The position numbers were made by a program, and so were the translations under genes. Source: a candidate division TM6 bacterium GW2011_GWF2_32_72 (GTDB taxonomy: Bacteria; Babelota; Babeliae; Babelales; CAIQNR01). Taken from it: a DNA stretch of 64,000 nt. The notes beneath the pieces were generated by a model that worked only from the letters and a program-made list of their open reading frames with translations, ran no database searches and was not told the DNA's origin. This document shows positions 18,537 through 28,597 of the stretch, one piece after another. Positions within the stretch are counted from its first letter, which is position 1. Every line of letters begins with the position of its first letter. The DNA lies in assembly GCA_945882015.1 (NCBI GenBank), contig CAMCVM010000001.1, forward strand, positions 76,763 to 140,762, given 5' to 3'.

Positions 18537-18914
18537 TTAATTATCATCTTCGTCAGTGTAGCCATCCTGATAATTTTCATCATCAGAATTTACATCGCCA
18601 GCCTTTTTTGCAGCTAGACCATTTCTTTGTCTTTGAGTTTCAAATTGCGCTTTACGACGAGCGTTTGCATTTTGAGCTCTTTTATTTTTTTGTACTTGTT
18701 GTCCTGGTTTCAATCCTAGCACAGGAGCGTCTTCTTCGTCATCCCCTAAAAAAAGTCTTCTACCGCCTTTAAAATGTGTATGCTGCTGTTTGTGAAATCC
18801 AGCTGCAAGTTGTTCTGCTTTGTCATTCTGAGGGCTTCTTTTACCATTTTGCTCCATAGCCTGCGTCGCTTGACATGCCAATAAGAAAACGATTGCAAAT
18901 AATTTTTTCGTCAT
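18537..18914 (-). CDS. Small secreted protein with basic core and acidic tail (possible family member 3)
   Basis: MTKKLFAIVFLLACQATQA signal; QKNKRAQNANARRKAQFETQRQRNG; C-terminus SDDENYQDGYTDEDDN. Confidence 0.55.
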   Translation of the reverse strand: MTKKLFAIVFLLACQATQAMEQNGKRSPQNDKAEQLAAGFHKQQHTHFKGGRRLFLGDDEEDAPVLGLKPGQQVQKNKRAQNANARRKAQFETQRQRNGLAAKKAGDVNSDDENYQDGYTDEDDN

Positions 18915-19088
18915 AAAAACCTTTTAAATAAGTATAGTTATTGTGATACATGTTTACATTGTGTTACGCAACTATATTTACATTTTATTTGATTGTACAA
19001 ATTTTATACTGCATTGAAATTTGTAAATGGACTGTTAGTATAACTAAGCTTATAAAAAAATACTAGTTTAATACTATTTTTTTTCATG

Positions 19089-19505
19089 TTACAAATTATT
19101 ATTAATAGCTGAAAGAATTTTAAGTCTTGCTCTTGCTAAGATTGCAGCTTCAATTTTACGTTCAGAATCAATAAATTCTGTACTTCGTTGTGTTATAATT
19201 TGGTCTTCTTTGCATAGATTAATATTTAATATGCGTATTGTTAATCCATTTTCAACTGTAATTATTTGCTGCATATAATTAAGGGTAAATAGTCTTTTGT
19301 CATCAAAAATATCTAAAATTTTAAAAGTATTTTTCAAATCTCTTATTTCATGTAAAGGCATTTTTAAAAGTTTTTTTATAATTTCTTGTTCTGTGTTTTT
19401 TAAGACAAATTCATCAAAGTTAGCAAGCTCGTTTGATAAAGTGTGAGATTCTGCTGCTTGTAAAGCAGTATAACCGAATAAAAAAATACTCAAAAGTAGT
19501 TTCAT
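19089..19505 (-). CDS. Secreted hypothetical protein
   Basis: MKLLLSIFLFGYTALQAAES signal; ATGA overlap (19502-19505) with the upstream small ORF. Confidence 0.5.
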   Translation of the reverse strand: MKLLLSIFLFGYTALQAAESHTLSNELANFDEFVLKNTEQEIIKKLLKMPLHEIRDLKNTFKILDIFDDKRLFTLNYMQQIITVENGLTIRILNINLCKEDQIITQRSTEFIDSERKIEAAILARARLKILSAINNNL

Positions 19506-19702
19506 TGTTTTGGATCTTTAGCGTCTGATTGTTGAGTAGTATTGTTTTTAGCTGGCTTTGCTGCATTTTTTTCTTGTGCTTTTGCTATAATTCTAAAAAG
19601 GGTATCAAAAGAAGGTGGCTTCAAATCAGCTTTTTGAGCTTTATCCATTGCTGCTATCAGTAAACTGTTACCTAAAAACAATAATCCTAATAACAATTTC
19701 AT
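19502..19702 (-). CDS. Small secreted hypothetical protein (66 aa)
   Basis: MKLLLGLLFLGNSLLIAAMD signal; K/A/Q-rich; translationally coupled to 19089-19505. Confidence 0.45.
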   Translation of the reverse strand: MKLLLGLLFLGNSLLIAAMDKAQKADLKPPSFDTLFRIIAKAQEKNAAKPAKNNTTQQSDAKDPKQ

Positions 19703-19720
19703 GGGTTATCCTTATCTTTT

Positions 19721-20656
19721 TTAAAATTCCTTATTCATAAACTTATGATAAAAAAGTTCAAGCGCTAAAGAAGAACCGCCCGTTTTGACGTGGCAATCAA
19801 CTTGATATAAAAAGTCATGCGCTGCCTGTAATTCTTTGCCTGTTGTTGTCTGCCAATCTTTTTGCATAAAAGAAAAGGGTAATCGGTAGCTCATCTGTTT
19901 TGCCTCTTGTAACTTCTGTTTATTTCTCAGCATAACAACATGATACGCCCGCCACAATTGTTCTGACCAATAAACTGTCCAAAAGGGCTCACTGTAATCA
20001 TTCTTAAGGCCAATCCATGTCCGGTAAAACATATCTTTTTTTCGAGAAAAAAAAGATTGTGCTAAAATAAAAAGCGATTCTTCTGGTTGGACAATTTTTT
20101 CATACCAGGTCCTCATAAAAAGCTCAGTTTTATCCCCCAAAACTATACTGTATTGCCCTAAAAGAATAATCATGTCCAATGATAAGGTTTTATAATTTTG
20201 CTTTATCATCCCCAAAAATCTTCGAGCATCGGTTGCCCATAAAAATTCAAACAGATTATCAAGATCTGCGGGACTTAAAGGTTCATTAAGAATAATAACA
20301 GGACTTTGTGTTTCAAACTGTTCTTTTTCGTTAATAAAGCACAAAACGGTATGTGGACCAGAATATGTCTTAAAATGCTCAAGTAACTCTTTTTTATAAG
20401 AAACAGATAATTCTGAAATATCACCAAGCCATAATATTTGAACTGAACCTAGAAAAGTTGTTGCCAAGGTTGCTTGCAACTGAGACCAATCATATTCTTG
20501 TAGATTAATAACCTTAAAAAATGGATTAGCCTTTTTTAATTTTGCCACTAATTGTGAAAAAAATAAAAGAGGATACTCATTACTTTTAAAATAGATAACA
20601 GGCGATTGTAATGGTTGTTGGTTACTACATTTGAGTAAAAAAGTTTTTAGTTTCAT
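19721..20656 (-). CDS. holA: DNA polymerase III subunit delta (probable)
   Basis: 311 aa. By-eye alignment to E. coli HolA: DWSQLQATLATTFLGSVQILWLGD against DWNAIFSLCQAMSLFASRQTLLLL, and the C-terminal LQAAHDFLYQVDCHVKTGGSSLALELF against the delta C-terminal helix. Confidence 0.55.
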   Translation of the reverse strand: MKLKTFLLKCSNQQPLQSPVIYFKSNEYPLLFFSQLVAKLKKANPFFKVINLQEYDWSQLQATLATTFLGSVQILWLGDISELSVSYKKELLEHFKTYSGPHTVLCFINEKEQFETQSPVIILNEPLSPADLDNLFEFLWATDARRFLGMIKQNYKTLSLDMIILLGQYSIVLGDKTELFMRTWYEKIVQPEESLFILAQSFFSRKKDMFYRTWIGLKNDYSEPFWTVYWSEQLWRAYHVVMLRNKQKLQEAKQMSYRLPFSFMQKDWQTTTGKELQAAHDFLYQVDCHVKTGGSSLALELFYHKFMNKEF

Positions 20657-20695
20657 ATTATATATCAGTATAAAACAAAAACAAAAAAGAGACTA

Positions 20696-21094
20696 TTATT
20701 CTGGTTGTAATCGTGCTTGAACATGCGCACAGGCAAGAATAGTTTGTAAAGAATTCCAGCGCTTATAAGCTACGGCAGTATTTAATGCAGTATCTTGCGC
20801 CGTTGTTTTTTTTATTGGATTTGCTCCATATTCTATTAATAATCTAACTTTTTCATCCATAAACGGCCCGCCTTGTTCAAGCGTTGCAACCAAAATAATC
20901 TCTTTCATGTGATTTTTATGAGTACGGTCTTTAAGTAATTGTTGTGCTCTTAATAAATTATGTGAGTAAAACGCTTGCATTAATGGATTTTTGACGTTGT
21001 GCTCGTTAAGTTCTTGTAAATTTTTTATGGTGCCGGCACAAACAACTGACTGAAATAACAAAGAAACTAATAGAAATTTTAAAGAATTATTCAT
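20696..21094 (-). CDS. Secreted ankyrin-repeat protein
   Basis: MNNSLKFLLVSLLFQSVVCAG signal; ANK-like VRLLIEYGANPIKKTTAQDTALNTAVAYKRWNSLQTIL. Confidence 0.55.
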   Translation of the reverse strand: MNNSLKFLLVSLLFQSVVCAGTIKNLQELNEHNVKNPLMQAFYSHNLLRAQQLLKDRTHKNHMKEIILVATLEQGGPFMDEKVRLLIEYGANPIKKTTAQDTALNTAVAYKRWNSLQTILACAHVQARLQPE

Positions 21095-21194
21095 GATTTA
21101 AGCCCCCTTGCTTTTATCACTACCCTATTATGATAAGTTTCAAGCAAATGAAGATTAAAAAGAAAGTAATTTTTATAATTAGTATAAAATAAGC

Positions 21195-21953
21195 TTAAAT
21201 TTGCATTTCTTTTGAAATAGTTTGATAAAAAGCAACATTACCTGTTGTTTCTATTGCTTCTAGAATATGATTAATTCCTTTAAAAGCAATCTGTTGCATA
21301 GTCAAAACAGAGGCCCAATCAATAGGATTAATTTCAGTGGCCCCTTGTATTTCAATAATTTTACCTGAACCGGTCATCACAAAATTAAAATCTGCATCAA
21401 CCGTACTATCTTCAGTAAAATCAACATCAAGAAGCGCAGTATTATTAACCCAGCCTACCGAAACAGCCGCAACACGCTCTTTAAAAAGCGTTGTGCTAAT
21501 AATACCTTTTACAATCCATTGTTCAATTGCTTGCTGCAAAGCACAATAAGCTCCAGAAATAGAAGCTGTTCTGGTGCCACCATCTGCTTGCAAAACATCA
21601 CAATCAACATAAATAGTTTTTTCACCTAATTTTTTTAAATCAAGAACAGCACGCAAAGAACGCCCAATTAATCTTGAAATTTCAATCGAGCGACTATTAC
21701 GGCGCATCACAGATGCTTCTCGAGCAGTTCGTGTTACGGTAGAAGCTGGTAACAAAGTATATTCCGCAGTCAACCAGCCTTGGCCGCTTGAGCGTAGAAA
21801 ATGAGGAACCCCGTCTTGTAACATGATTGAACATAATACACGAGTATTACCCATTTCAAACAGCACAGAACCCTGTGCGTTACCATATACTCCATACGTA
21901 ATTTTTATAGGGCGAACCTGGTCAGGTTGACGCCCATCCTTACGAACTGCCAT
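21195..21953 (-). CDS. rph: Ribonuclease PH
   Basis: MAVRKDGRQPDQVRPIKIT...GSVLFEMGNTRVLC...DCDVLQADGGTRTASI. Confidence 0.9.
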   Translation of the reverse strand: MAVRKDGRQPDQVRPIKITYGVYGNAQGSVLFEMGNTRVLCSIMLQDGVPHFLRSSGQGWLTAEYTLLPASTVTRTAREASVMRRNSRSIEISRLIGRSLRAVLDLKKLGEKTIYVDCDVLQADGGTRTASISGAYCALQQAIEQWIVKGIISTTLFKERVAAVSVGWVNNTALLDVDFTEDSTVDADFNFVMTGSGKIIEIQGATEINPIDWASVLTMQQIAFKGINHILEAIETTGNVAFYQTISKEMQI

Positions 21954-21980
21954 AGCATCCTAATGATCTATAAAAACTGA

Positions 21981-24062
21981 TTAAACTATTTTTAAACGTA
22001 CACGATCAAGTTCAGCATCATATTCAACAACTTGTACTTTTAAAGCACTGTCAATTGGATAATCTTGAGACATTGTTCGTTGTTTTTCACGAGGAATAGC
22101 TGAAACGTGCAATAATCCTTCTTTTCCTGGAACAAGTTCCACAAAAAGTCCGAATTCTGCAACACGTTTGACTACACCATCAAAAATAGTTCCCGCTTCA
22201 ATTTGACCAGCTAAAGTTTTAACCCATCTGACCGCTTTTTGCATATCAGGACCAGGTTGACCAAAGATACGAACAATTCCGTCTCCTTCAATGTCAATTG
22301 AAGTTCCAGTTTTTTCGATAATTTCTTTGATAACTTTTCCGCCAGTACCAATGACTGCGCCAATTTTGTCAGATTTAATTTTAAAGCTTTCAACTTGTGG
22401 AACTAATGCAGAAAGTTCAGCTTTTGGCTTAGACATAACTTTTTTCATTTCAGCCAAGATATGAATTCTTCCTACTTTTGCTTGAGCAAGTGCTTTTTCA
22501 AAAACTTGTCGTGGCAATCCGCCTTTGTACTTAATATCCATTTGAATTGCAGTGATACCATTTTCTGTTCCTGCAACTTTAAAGTCCATTAAGCCAAATG
22601 CATCTTCAAATCCACTGATATCGGTCAAAACCGTAAAATCACTTTTTTCACTCTTTAACAATCCCATAGCAACACCGCCAACCATATCTTTAATTGGCAC
22701 ACCGCCATCTAAAAATGCCATTGTTGCGCTACAAACAGTTGCCATAGAGCTTGAACCATCTGATTCTAGAATGTCTGAAACAATTCTAATGGTATAAGGG
22801 AAGCTTTCTTTTGACGGTAACACATATTTAAATGCAGAACCAGCTAAATGACCATGACCTACTTCGCGTCTGCTTGGTGGTCTTAACGGTTTTACTTCAC
22901 CTACTGAAAACGGAGGGAAATTATAATGAAGCATGAACGATCCATCAACTTCTCCACCCATAATATCTTCTATCTTTTGTTCATCTTGTCCGCTACCCAA
23001 AGTAAGTGTACCTAAACTTTGTGTTGAACCACGAGTGAACAATGAGGAACCGTGCGTAAACGGCAATAACCCAACTTCGATAGAAATATCACGCACATCT
23101 TCATAAGAACGACCATCAACACGTTTACCTTGTTCGCAAATAACTGCAGTAATACGTTCTTTAAGTTGTGTATCAAAAATATAATCAATAATAGATCTTG
23201 GCTCGCCTTGCTCTTCAATAGCTTTACCATATTTTTCTTCAAATGCTTTTTTAATCACGTCCATTACTTGATTGCGTTCTTGTTTGGTTCGTGTTTTAAA
23301 AATTGGCAGCAAAAGGTCGTCTGTCAATAAATCAGAACATTTCTTTTCCCATGCATCCCAGTCAAGAGGTAAAGCAGGAAGAACTTTTGGAATACCGATT
23401 TCTTTAACAATAGTTTCTTGCCATGCAACTTGTTCTTTAATAGTTTCATGACCTAAAAATAATGCATCCAAAAATTCTGCTTCTGAAATTTCATTAGTTG
23501 AACCTTCAACCATGCAGATACCTTCCTTGGTACCTACTACTAAAATTTTAACATCAGATTCAAAACTTTGTTCATGATTTGGATTAGCAACCCATTTACC
23601 TTCAAAACGAGCTATTTCAGCTACGCCAACAGGTTCAAGTAAAGGAATTTTTGAAGTAACAAGCGCTAATGATGCAGCAAGTACTGCAAGCGTATGCGGA
23701 GAGTTTTCCTTATCAACAGAACACAAAGTTACACAAACTTGTACTTGGTCAAAGTAATCTTTTGGAAACAAAGGTCTTAATGCTCGGTCAATAACACGAG
23801 AAGTTAAAACTTCTTTATCAGTTGACTTACCTTCACGTTTAAAAAATCCACCAGGGATTTTTCCTGCTGCTGCAAATGGCTCACGGTAATCTACTGAAAG
23901 AGGGAAAAAACCAGGAAAATCCCGCGTTGGTGCTGATGTAGCAGTTGCTACAATAACAGTTCCCCCTTGTTGAAACCAAACAGATCCATCCGCTTGACGA
24001 GCAACGGTATTAAACCGTGCTTTATAACCAAATTTTGGTAACTCGAATGTGTTCTTGGACAT
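21981..24062 (-). CDS. pnp: Polyribonucleotide nucleotidyltransferase (PNPase)
   Basis: 693 aa; two RNase PH-like domains, then KH (IGAVIGTGGKVIKEI) and S1 (GTIFDGVVKRVAEFGLFVEL) domains. Confidence 0.95.
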   Translation of the reverse strand: MSKNTFELPKFGYKARFNTVARQADGSVWFQQGGTVIVATATSAPTRDFPGFFPLSVDYREPFAAAGKIPGGFFKREGKSTDKEVLTSRVIDRALRPLFPKDYFDQVQVCVTLCSVDKENSPHTLAVLAASLALVTSKIPLLEPVGVAEIARFEGKWVANPNHEQSFESDVKILVVGTKEGICMVEGSTNEISEAEFLDALFLGHETIKEQVAWQETIVKEIGIPKVLPALPLDWDAWEKKCSDLLTDDLLLPIFKTRTKQERNQVMDVIKKAFEEKYGKAIEEQGEPRSIIDYIFDTQLKERITAVICEQGKRVDGRSYEDVRDISIEVGLLPFTHGSSLFTRGSTQSLGTLTLGSGQDEQKIEDIMGGEVDGSFMLHYNFPPFSVGEVKPLRPPSRREVGHGHLAGSAFKYVLPSKESFPYTIRIVSDILESDGSSSMATVCSATMAFLDGGVPIKDMVGGVAMGLLKSEKSDFTVLTDISGFEDAFGLMDFKVAGTENGITAIQMDIKYKGGLPRQVFEKALAQAKVGRIHILAEMKKVMSKPKAELSALVPQVESFKIKSDKIGAVIGTGGKVIKEIIEKTGTSIDIEGDGIVRIFGQPGPDMQKAVRWVKTLAGQIEAGTIFDGVVKRVAEFGLFVELVPGKEGLLHVSAIPREKQRTMSQDYPIDSALKVQVVEYDAELDRVRLKIV

Positions 24063-24103
24063 ATGTACTCACTATCTTTATAATTATTATTTTTGAAGTA
24101 CTC

Positions 24104-24355
24104 TTATCGCTTTAATCCGAGAGTACTGGTTACTTCTTTATACATAACTTCATCTGTACGTTTTAAGTAATTCAGTAATGATCTACGTTTTGCAACTTTT
24201 TGTAACAAACTTCTACGACATGCAAAATCTTTTTTATGAGCATTCATATGCCCTGTCAAAAGATTAATATCATATGATAAAGCTTCAATTTGAACACTAG
24301 AAGACCCTGTGTCTTTTTCATGTTTTTTAAATTTTTGATTCATTCTTTCCACCAT
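24104..24355 (-). CDS. rpsO: 30S ribosomal protein S15
   Basis: DTGSSSVQIEALSYDINLLTGHMNAHKKDFACRRSLLQKVAKRRSLLNYLKR; classical rpsO-pnp order. Confidence 0.9.
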   Translation of the reverse strand: MVERMNQKFKKHEKDTGSSSVQIEALSYDINLLTGHMNAHKKDFACRRSLLQKVAKRRSLLNYLKRTDEVMYKEVTSTLGLKR

Positions 24356-24382
24356 GTATTTATATCCTTACCTTAGTATTAT

Positions 24383-24457
24383 TGGTAGGCACGAACGGGA
24401 TCGGACCGTTGACCTCTGCTACGTCAAAGCAGCGCTCTACCACTGAGCTACGCGCCT
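24383..24457 (-). tRNA. tRNA-Val (anticodon GAC), CCA encoded
   Basis: Reverse complement folds as a cloverleaf: acceptor AGGCGCG/CGTGCCT, anticodon arm CTGCT-TTGACGT-AGCAG, T arm AACGG-TCCGATC-CCGTT, then ACCA. Confidence 0.85.
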
Positions 24458-24463
24458 TACACA

Positions 24464-27400
24464 TTATGCTTTACCTTTGATGTTATTACTTCTGATTGCT
24501 AATAATTCTTCTTCTTTACGTGCTTGTCGCTCTAACTCAGAAACTGTTTCGCCCAAATATTTTTTTCTAAATGAAGTAATCCCTGTTCCTGCTGGAATCA
24601 ATTTACCAATAATAAGGTTTTCTTTCAAACCGTAAAGACAATCTGTTTCACCTGATATTGCTGCTTCAGCTAAAATACGAGTAGTTTCTTGGAATGCAGC
24701 TGCAGCTAAAGGACTTTCAGTTGAAAGAGATGCCATCGTAATACCTGTTAAAATTGGTTTTGCTGTTGCAACTCGTTTACCTTGAGCCTGTAATTGTTCA
24801 TTAACTGACTTAAAGTGAATTGCGTCAATACGGTCACCAATCAAGAATTCTGAGTCTCCAGAATCAATTACACGTACTTTACGCAACATTTGTCGAACAA
24901 TAATTTCAACATGTCTATCGTTAATATCAACACCTTGTGAACGATAAATTTCTTGAATTCTATCAACAAGATATCTTTGTAATGTTTCTGGTCCCAAGAT
25001 TCTTAAAAGATCATGTAGTACTGGGGTTCCAGCTGTTATCGGGTCACCTACCATCACTTTTTCGCCATCTTGTACGTTCAATTGCTTACCACGAGGAACA
25101 AGATATTCATAAGAAACATCGCCATCAGATATCACTAATTTACGCATACCGCGCTGTAAGCCAGCAAAGGTAACCGTTCCATTAATGTCTGACAAAATCG
25201 CTGGATCTTTTGGTGCACGTGCTTCAAACAATTCCGCAATTCGAGGTAAACCACCAACGGTAATATCCGAAGTTTTTGATGCCGCTTCTGGCATTTTCAC
25301 AATTACATCACCAACTGCTACTTCTTGCCCGTCTTCAACAGACAAGTAAGAACCGGTTGGAAGGTAATAATGAGTTAATTCTTGTCCATGCAAATCTTCA
25401 ATAATAATTGCTGGCTGATGCAACTGACCTTTATGTTCAAGAATAATGGTTTCTGTTGTTTGAGAAGTTTCGTCATACTCTTTTTGAGTAGTAACGTGAT
25501 CAATTAAGTCAACATAACGAATACGTCCAGCTTTTTCAGTAAGTACGACTTTAGTATTGGTATCCCACTCAACAAGTTTTTCGCCAATTTTTACTAACTG
25601 ACCTTCTTGAACGAGTAAATGCGCTCCGTATGGAATTGAGTGCTCTTGCACTTCACGACCATCTTGAGAAGCAATCACCAATTGACCTTTACGACCAAAA
25701 ACAATATCTACACCGTCACTGTTTTTCAGCGTACGAACATGTTTTAACCGAATTTGACCTTCGTGTCGAGCAGTAAAACTTGATTGTGCAACTGTTGTAC
25801 TTGCAGTACCCCCGATATGGAAGGTTCTCATAGTAAGCTGTGTACCAGGTTCACCAATCGATTGTGCTGCAATAATCCCTGCAGTAACACCAACATCAAC
25901 AACTTCACCTTTTGAAAGATCATATCCGTAACATTTAACACAAATACCACGCTTAGCCTGGCAGGTTAATACAGAACGAACCAATACTTTAGAAACTGCT
26001 GATTCTGAAATCTGTTCCATGATTTCTCGAGTTACCACATCACCTTGCTTTACAAACAGCTCTCCTGTTACCGGATCTTTAACATCTTGTGCCACAAAGC
26101 GTCCATAAATACGAGCACTTACTGGATGGATTGTTTCACCACCTTCTTTTAAATCTTTAACCGTGATGTATCCAAGTGTTTTACAATCATACACTGAAAC
26201 AACAACGTCTTGTGCTACGTCAACTAAACGTCGAGTTAAGTATCCAGAGTTTGCTGTTTTAAGCGCTGTATCAGCTTGACCTTTTCGAGCACCGTGAGTA
26301 GAAATAAAGTATTCAAAAACACTTAAACCATCTCTAAAGTTAGTTTTAACAGGCGTTTCCATAATGTCACCATTCGGTTTAGACATCAATCCACGCATAC
26401 CAACTAACTGCTTAATCTGATCATTAGTACCACGAGCACCTGAGTCAAGAAATAAGAAGACAGGATTAAAAGGTTTATTTTCACCGGTAGCATTCTCAAA
26501 ACAAAGCTGATCTTGTGCTTTAAACTCTTTACCCATAGCTACTGAAATTTCTGCTGTTGCATGATGCCACGCACGAATAACTTTGTTGTAACGCTCACCG
26601 TTAGTAATTACACCGTCACGATATAATTTTTCAATTCGCGCAACTTCTTTTTCTGCTTTTTTAATAACAGCATCTTTATTTTCTGGAGAAACTAAATCAC
26701 CAATTCCAAAAGAAATTCCACTTACCGTAGAATAATAGAAACCAAGTTTTTTAATTTTATCAAGACAGACAACTGTTTTTTCAGCTCCAAAGGTGTAATA
26801 AATTGTTTCAATCAATTTCCCAAGATCTTTTTTCTGGAGAATTTTATTAACCCAACCAAAATCTGATCCTTCAGGAAGTGCTTCAAACAAAATCACTCGT
26901 CCAATAGTGGTATCAGTAAGAGCTTGCGCACCCAAACGAACTTTAACTTTTGCATGCAATGCAACTTGTCCACATTGAAAAGCAGAAACAACTTCCTTAA
27001 CACTTGCAAATACAATTCCTTGGCCTTTTGCATTACAACGAACTTTTGTCATGTAATGAAGCCCTAAAATCATATCCTGCGAAGGAACAGTAACTGGTCT
27101 TCCATTTGAAGGAGACAAGATATTTTTTGATGACAAAATTAAGTTTTCAGCTTCAAGCACTGCTTTACTGCTTAATGGTAAATGAACCGCCATCATATCC
27201 CCGTCAAAGTCAGCGTTAAACGCTGTACAAACTAACGGATGAATCGTGATAGCTTTTCCATCTACTAGCATAGGCCAGAATGCCTGAATACCTAATCTAT
27301 GCAATGTCGGAGCACGGTTTAAAAGAACTGGACGTTCTTTAACCACATCTTCTAATACGTCCCACACTTCTGGATGATTATCTTCAACCATCTTTTTTGC

Positions 27401-28597
27401 AACGCGTAAGTTAGGAGCCATTTCGCGCTTTAAAAGCCCTGCATAAATATATGATTTAAATAACTCAAGTGCCATCTTTTTCGGAAGTCCACAATGAGTA
27501 ATTTTAAGTTCAGGGTCAACCACAATTACTGAACGAGCTGAATAGTCAACACGTTTACCCAATAAATTTTGTCTGAATCGACCTTGTTTACCACGCAGCA
27601 TTTCGCTCAATGATTTTAATGGACGTCTATTTGAACCTCTGACAGGCTGACCTCTTCGGCCGTTATCAATCAAAGCATCAACAGATTCTTGTAGCATTCG
27701 TTTTTCATTTTTAATAATGACAGACGGTGCTTCAATTTCCATTAATCGACGTAATCTAATATTTCTATTTAAAACACGACGATACAATTCGTTTAAATCA
27801 GAAGAAGCAAATCTACCACCTTCTAAAGGAACCAGTGGACGCAAATCAGGTGGTAATACCGGAAGGACATCCATCACAATCCATTCAGGACGAGAATTTG
27901 CTTGAGCCAATTGTGTAAATATCTTTAGTCTTCTAATAATTTTATGCCGTGTAGCAACTGAACCTGTTTTTTTGTAATCTTCTTTAAGCGTTTCAATTTC
28001 AACTGCAAGATTAAGTGAAGCTAAAACTTCTTTAATTGCTTGAGCTCCAGAATCGGCTTTAAATACCATATCATCTGGGTTTGCATCTAAATAATCTTCT
28101 ACTTCAGTAACTGATAACAAGGTTTTTTTAGGATAAGGAGAATTACCTTGATTAATAACAATGTTAACATCAAAGTAAATAACCCGTTCAAGATCTTTAA
28201 CTGGCATATCTAAAATCAAACCAAGATAACTTGGAATTCCTTTAAAATACCAAATGTGAACAACCGGAGTCACTAACTCAATATGCCCCATTCTTTCGCG
28301 GCGCACACGAGATTGAATAACTTCAACACCACATTTTTCGCAAGTTACCCCGCGATGCTTCATTCGCTTATATTTTCCGCAGTTACATTCCCAATCTTTA
28401 ACTGGACCGAAAATACGAGCACAGAACAGCCCATCTTTTTCAGGCTTTAATGTTCTGTAGTTAATGGTTTCAATCTTTTTTACTTCACCATAAGAAAGTG
28501 AACGTATTTTTAAAGGAGAAGCCAACCCAAAACGAAGCGCATTAAATTGAGTAACGTTTATATACTCTCGAAATCTCTCTAGGATTTGACTATTCAC
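24464..28597 (-). CDS. rpoC: DNA-directed RNA polymerase subunit beta'
   Basis: Zn motif CNCGKYK...CEKCGV, NADFDGD active site. GTG at 28597 sits 6 nt after AAGGAGG and is preferred over the TTG at 28615; it overlaps the rpoB stop by 8 nt. Confidence 0.95.
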   Translation of the reverse strand: MNSQILERFREYINVTQFNALRFGLASPLKIRSLSYGEVKKIETINYRTLKPEKDGLFCARIFGPVKDWECNCGKYKRMKHRGVTCEKCGVEVIQSRVRRERMGHIELVTPVVHIWYFKGIPSYLGLILDMPVKDLERVIYFDVNIVINQGNSPYPKKTLLSVTEVEDYLDANPDDMVFKADSGAQAIKEVLASLNLAVEIETLKEDYKKTGSVATRHKIIRRLKIFTQLAQANSRPEWIVMDVLPVLPPDLRPLVPLEGGRFASSDLNELYRRVLNRNIRLRRLMEIEAPSVIIKNEKRMLQESVDALIDNGRRGQPVRGSNRRPLKSLSEMLRGKQGRFRQNLLGKRVDYSARSVIVVDPELKITHCGLPKKMALELFKSYIYAGLLKREMAPNLRVAKKMVEDNHPEVWDVLEDVVKERPVLLNRAPTLHRLGIQAFWPMLVDGKAITIHPLVCTAFNADFDGDMMAVHLPLSSKAVLEAENLILSSKNILSPSNGRPVTVPSQDMILGLHYMTKVRCNAKGQGIVFASVKEVVSAFQCGQVALHAKVKVRLGAQALTDTTIGRVILFEALPEGSDFGWVNKILQKKDLGKLIETIYYTFGAEKTVVCLDKIKKLGFYYSTVSGISFGIGDLVSPENKDAVIKKAEKEVARIEKLYRDGVITNGERYNKVIRAWHHATAEISVAMGKEFKAQDQLCFENATGENKPFNPVFLFLDSGARGTNDQIKQLVGMRGLMSKPNGDIMETPVKTNFRDGLSVFEYFISTHGARKGQADTALKTANSGYLTRRLVDVAQDVVVSVYDCKTLGYITVKDLKEGGETIHPVSARIYGRFVAQDVKDPVTGELFVKQGDVVTREIMEQISESAVSKVLVRSVLTCQAKRGICVKCYGYDLSKGEVVDVGVTAGIIAAQSIGEPGTQLTMRTFHIGGTASTTVAQSSFTARHEGQIRLKHVRTLKNSDGVDIVFGRKGQLVIASQDGREVQEHSIPYGAHLLVQEGQLVKIGEKLVEWDTNTKVVLTEKAGRIRYVDLIDHVTTQKEYDETSQTTETIILEHKGQLHQPAIIIEDLHGQELTHYYLPTGSYLSVEDGQEVAVGDVIVKMPEAASKTSDITVGGLPRIAELFEARAPKDPAILSDINGTVTFAGLQRGMRKLVISDGDVSYEYLVPRGKQLNVQDGEKVMVGDPITAGTPVLHDLLRILGPETLQRYLVDRIQEIYRSQGVDINDRHVEIIVRQMLRKVRVIDSGDSEFLIGDRIDAIHFKSVNEQLQAQGKRVATAKPILTGITMASLSTESPLAAAAFQETTRILAEAAISGETDCLYGLKENLIIGKLIPAGTGITSFRKKYLGETVSELERQARKEEELLAIRSNNIKGKA

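Noticed and set aside
24937-27905. Short ORFs inside rpoC (24937-25173 and 27717-27905)
   Set aside because: They are antisense to a highly conserved gene.
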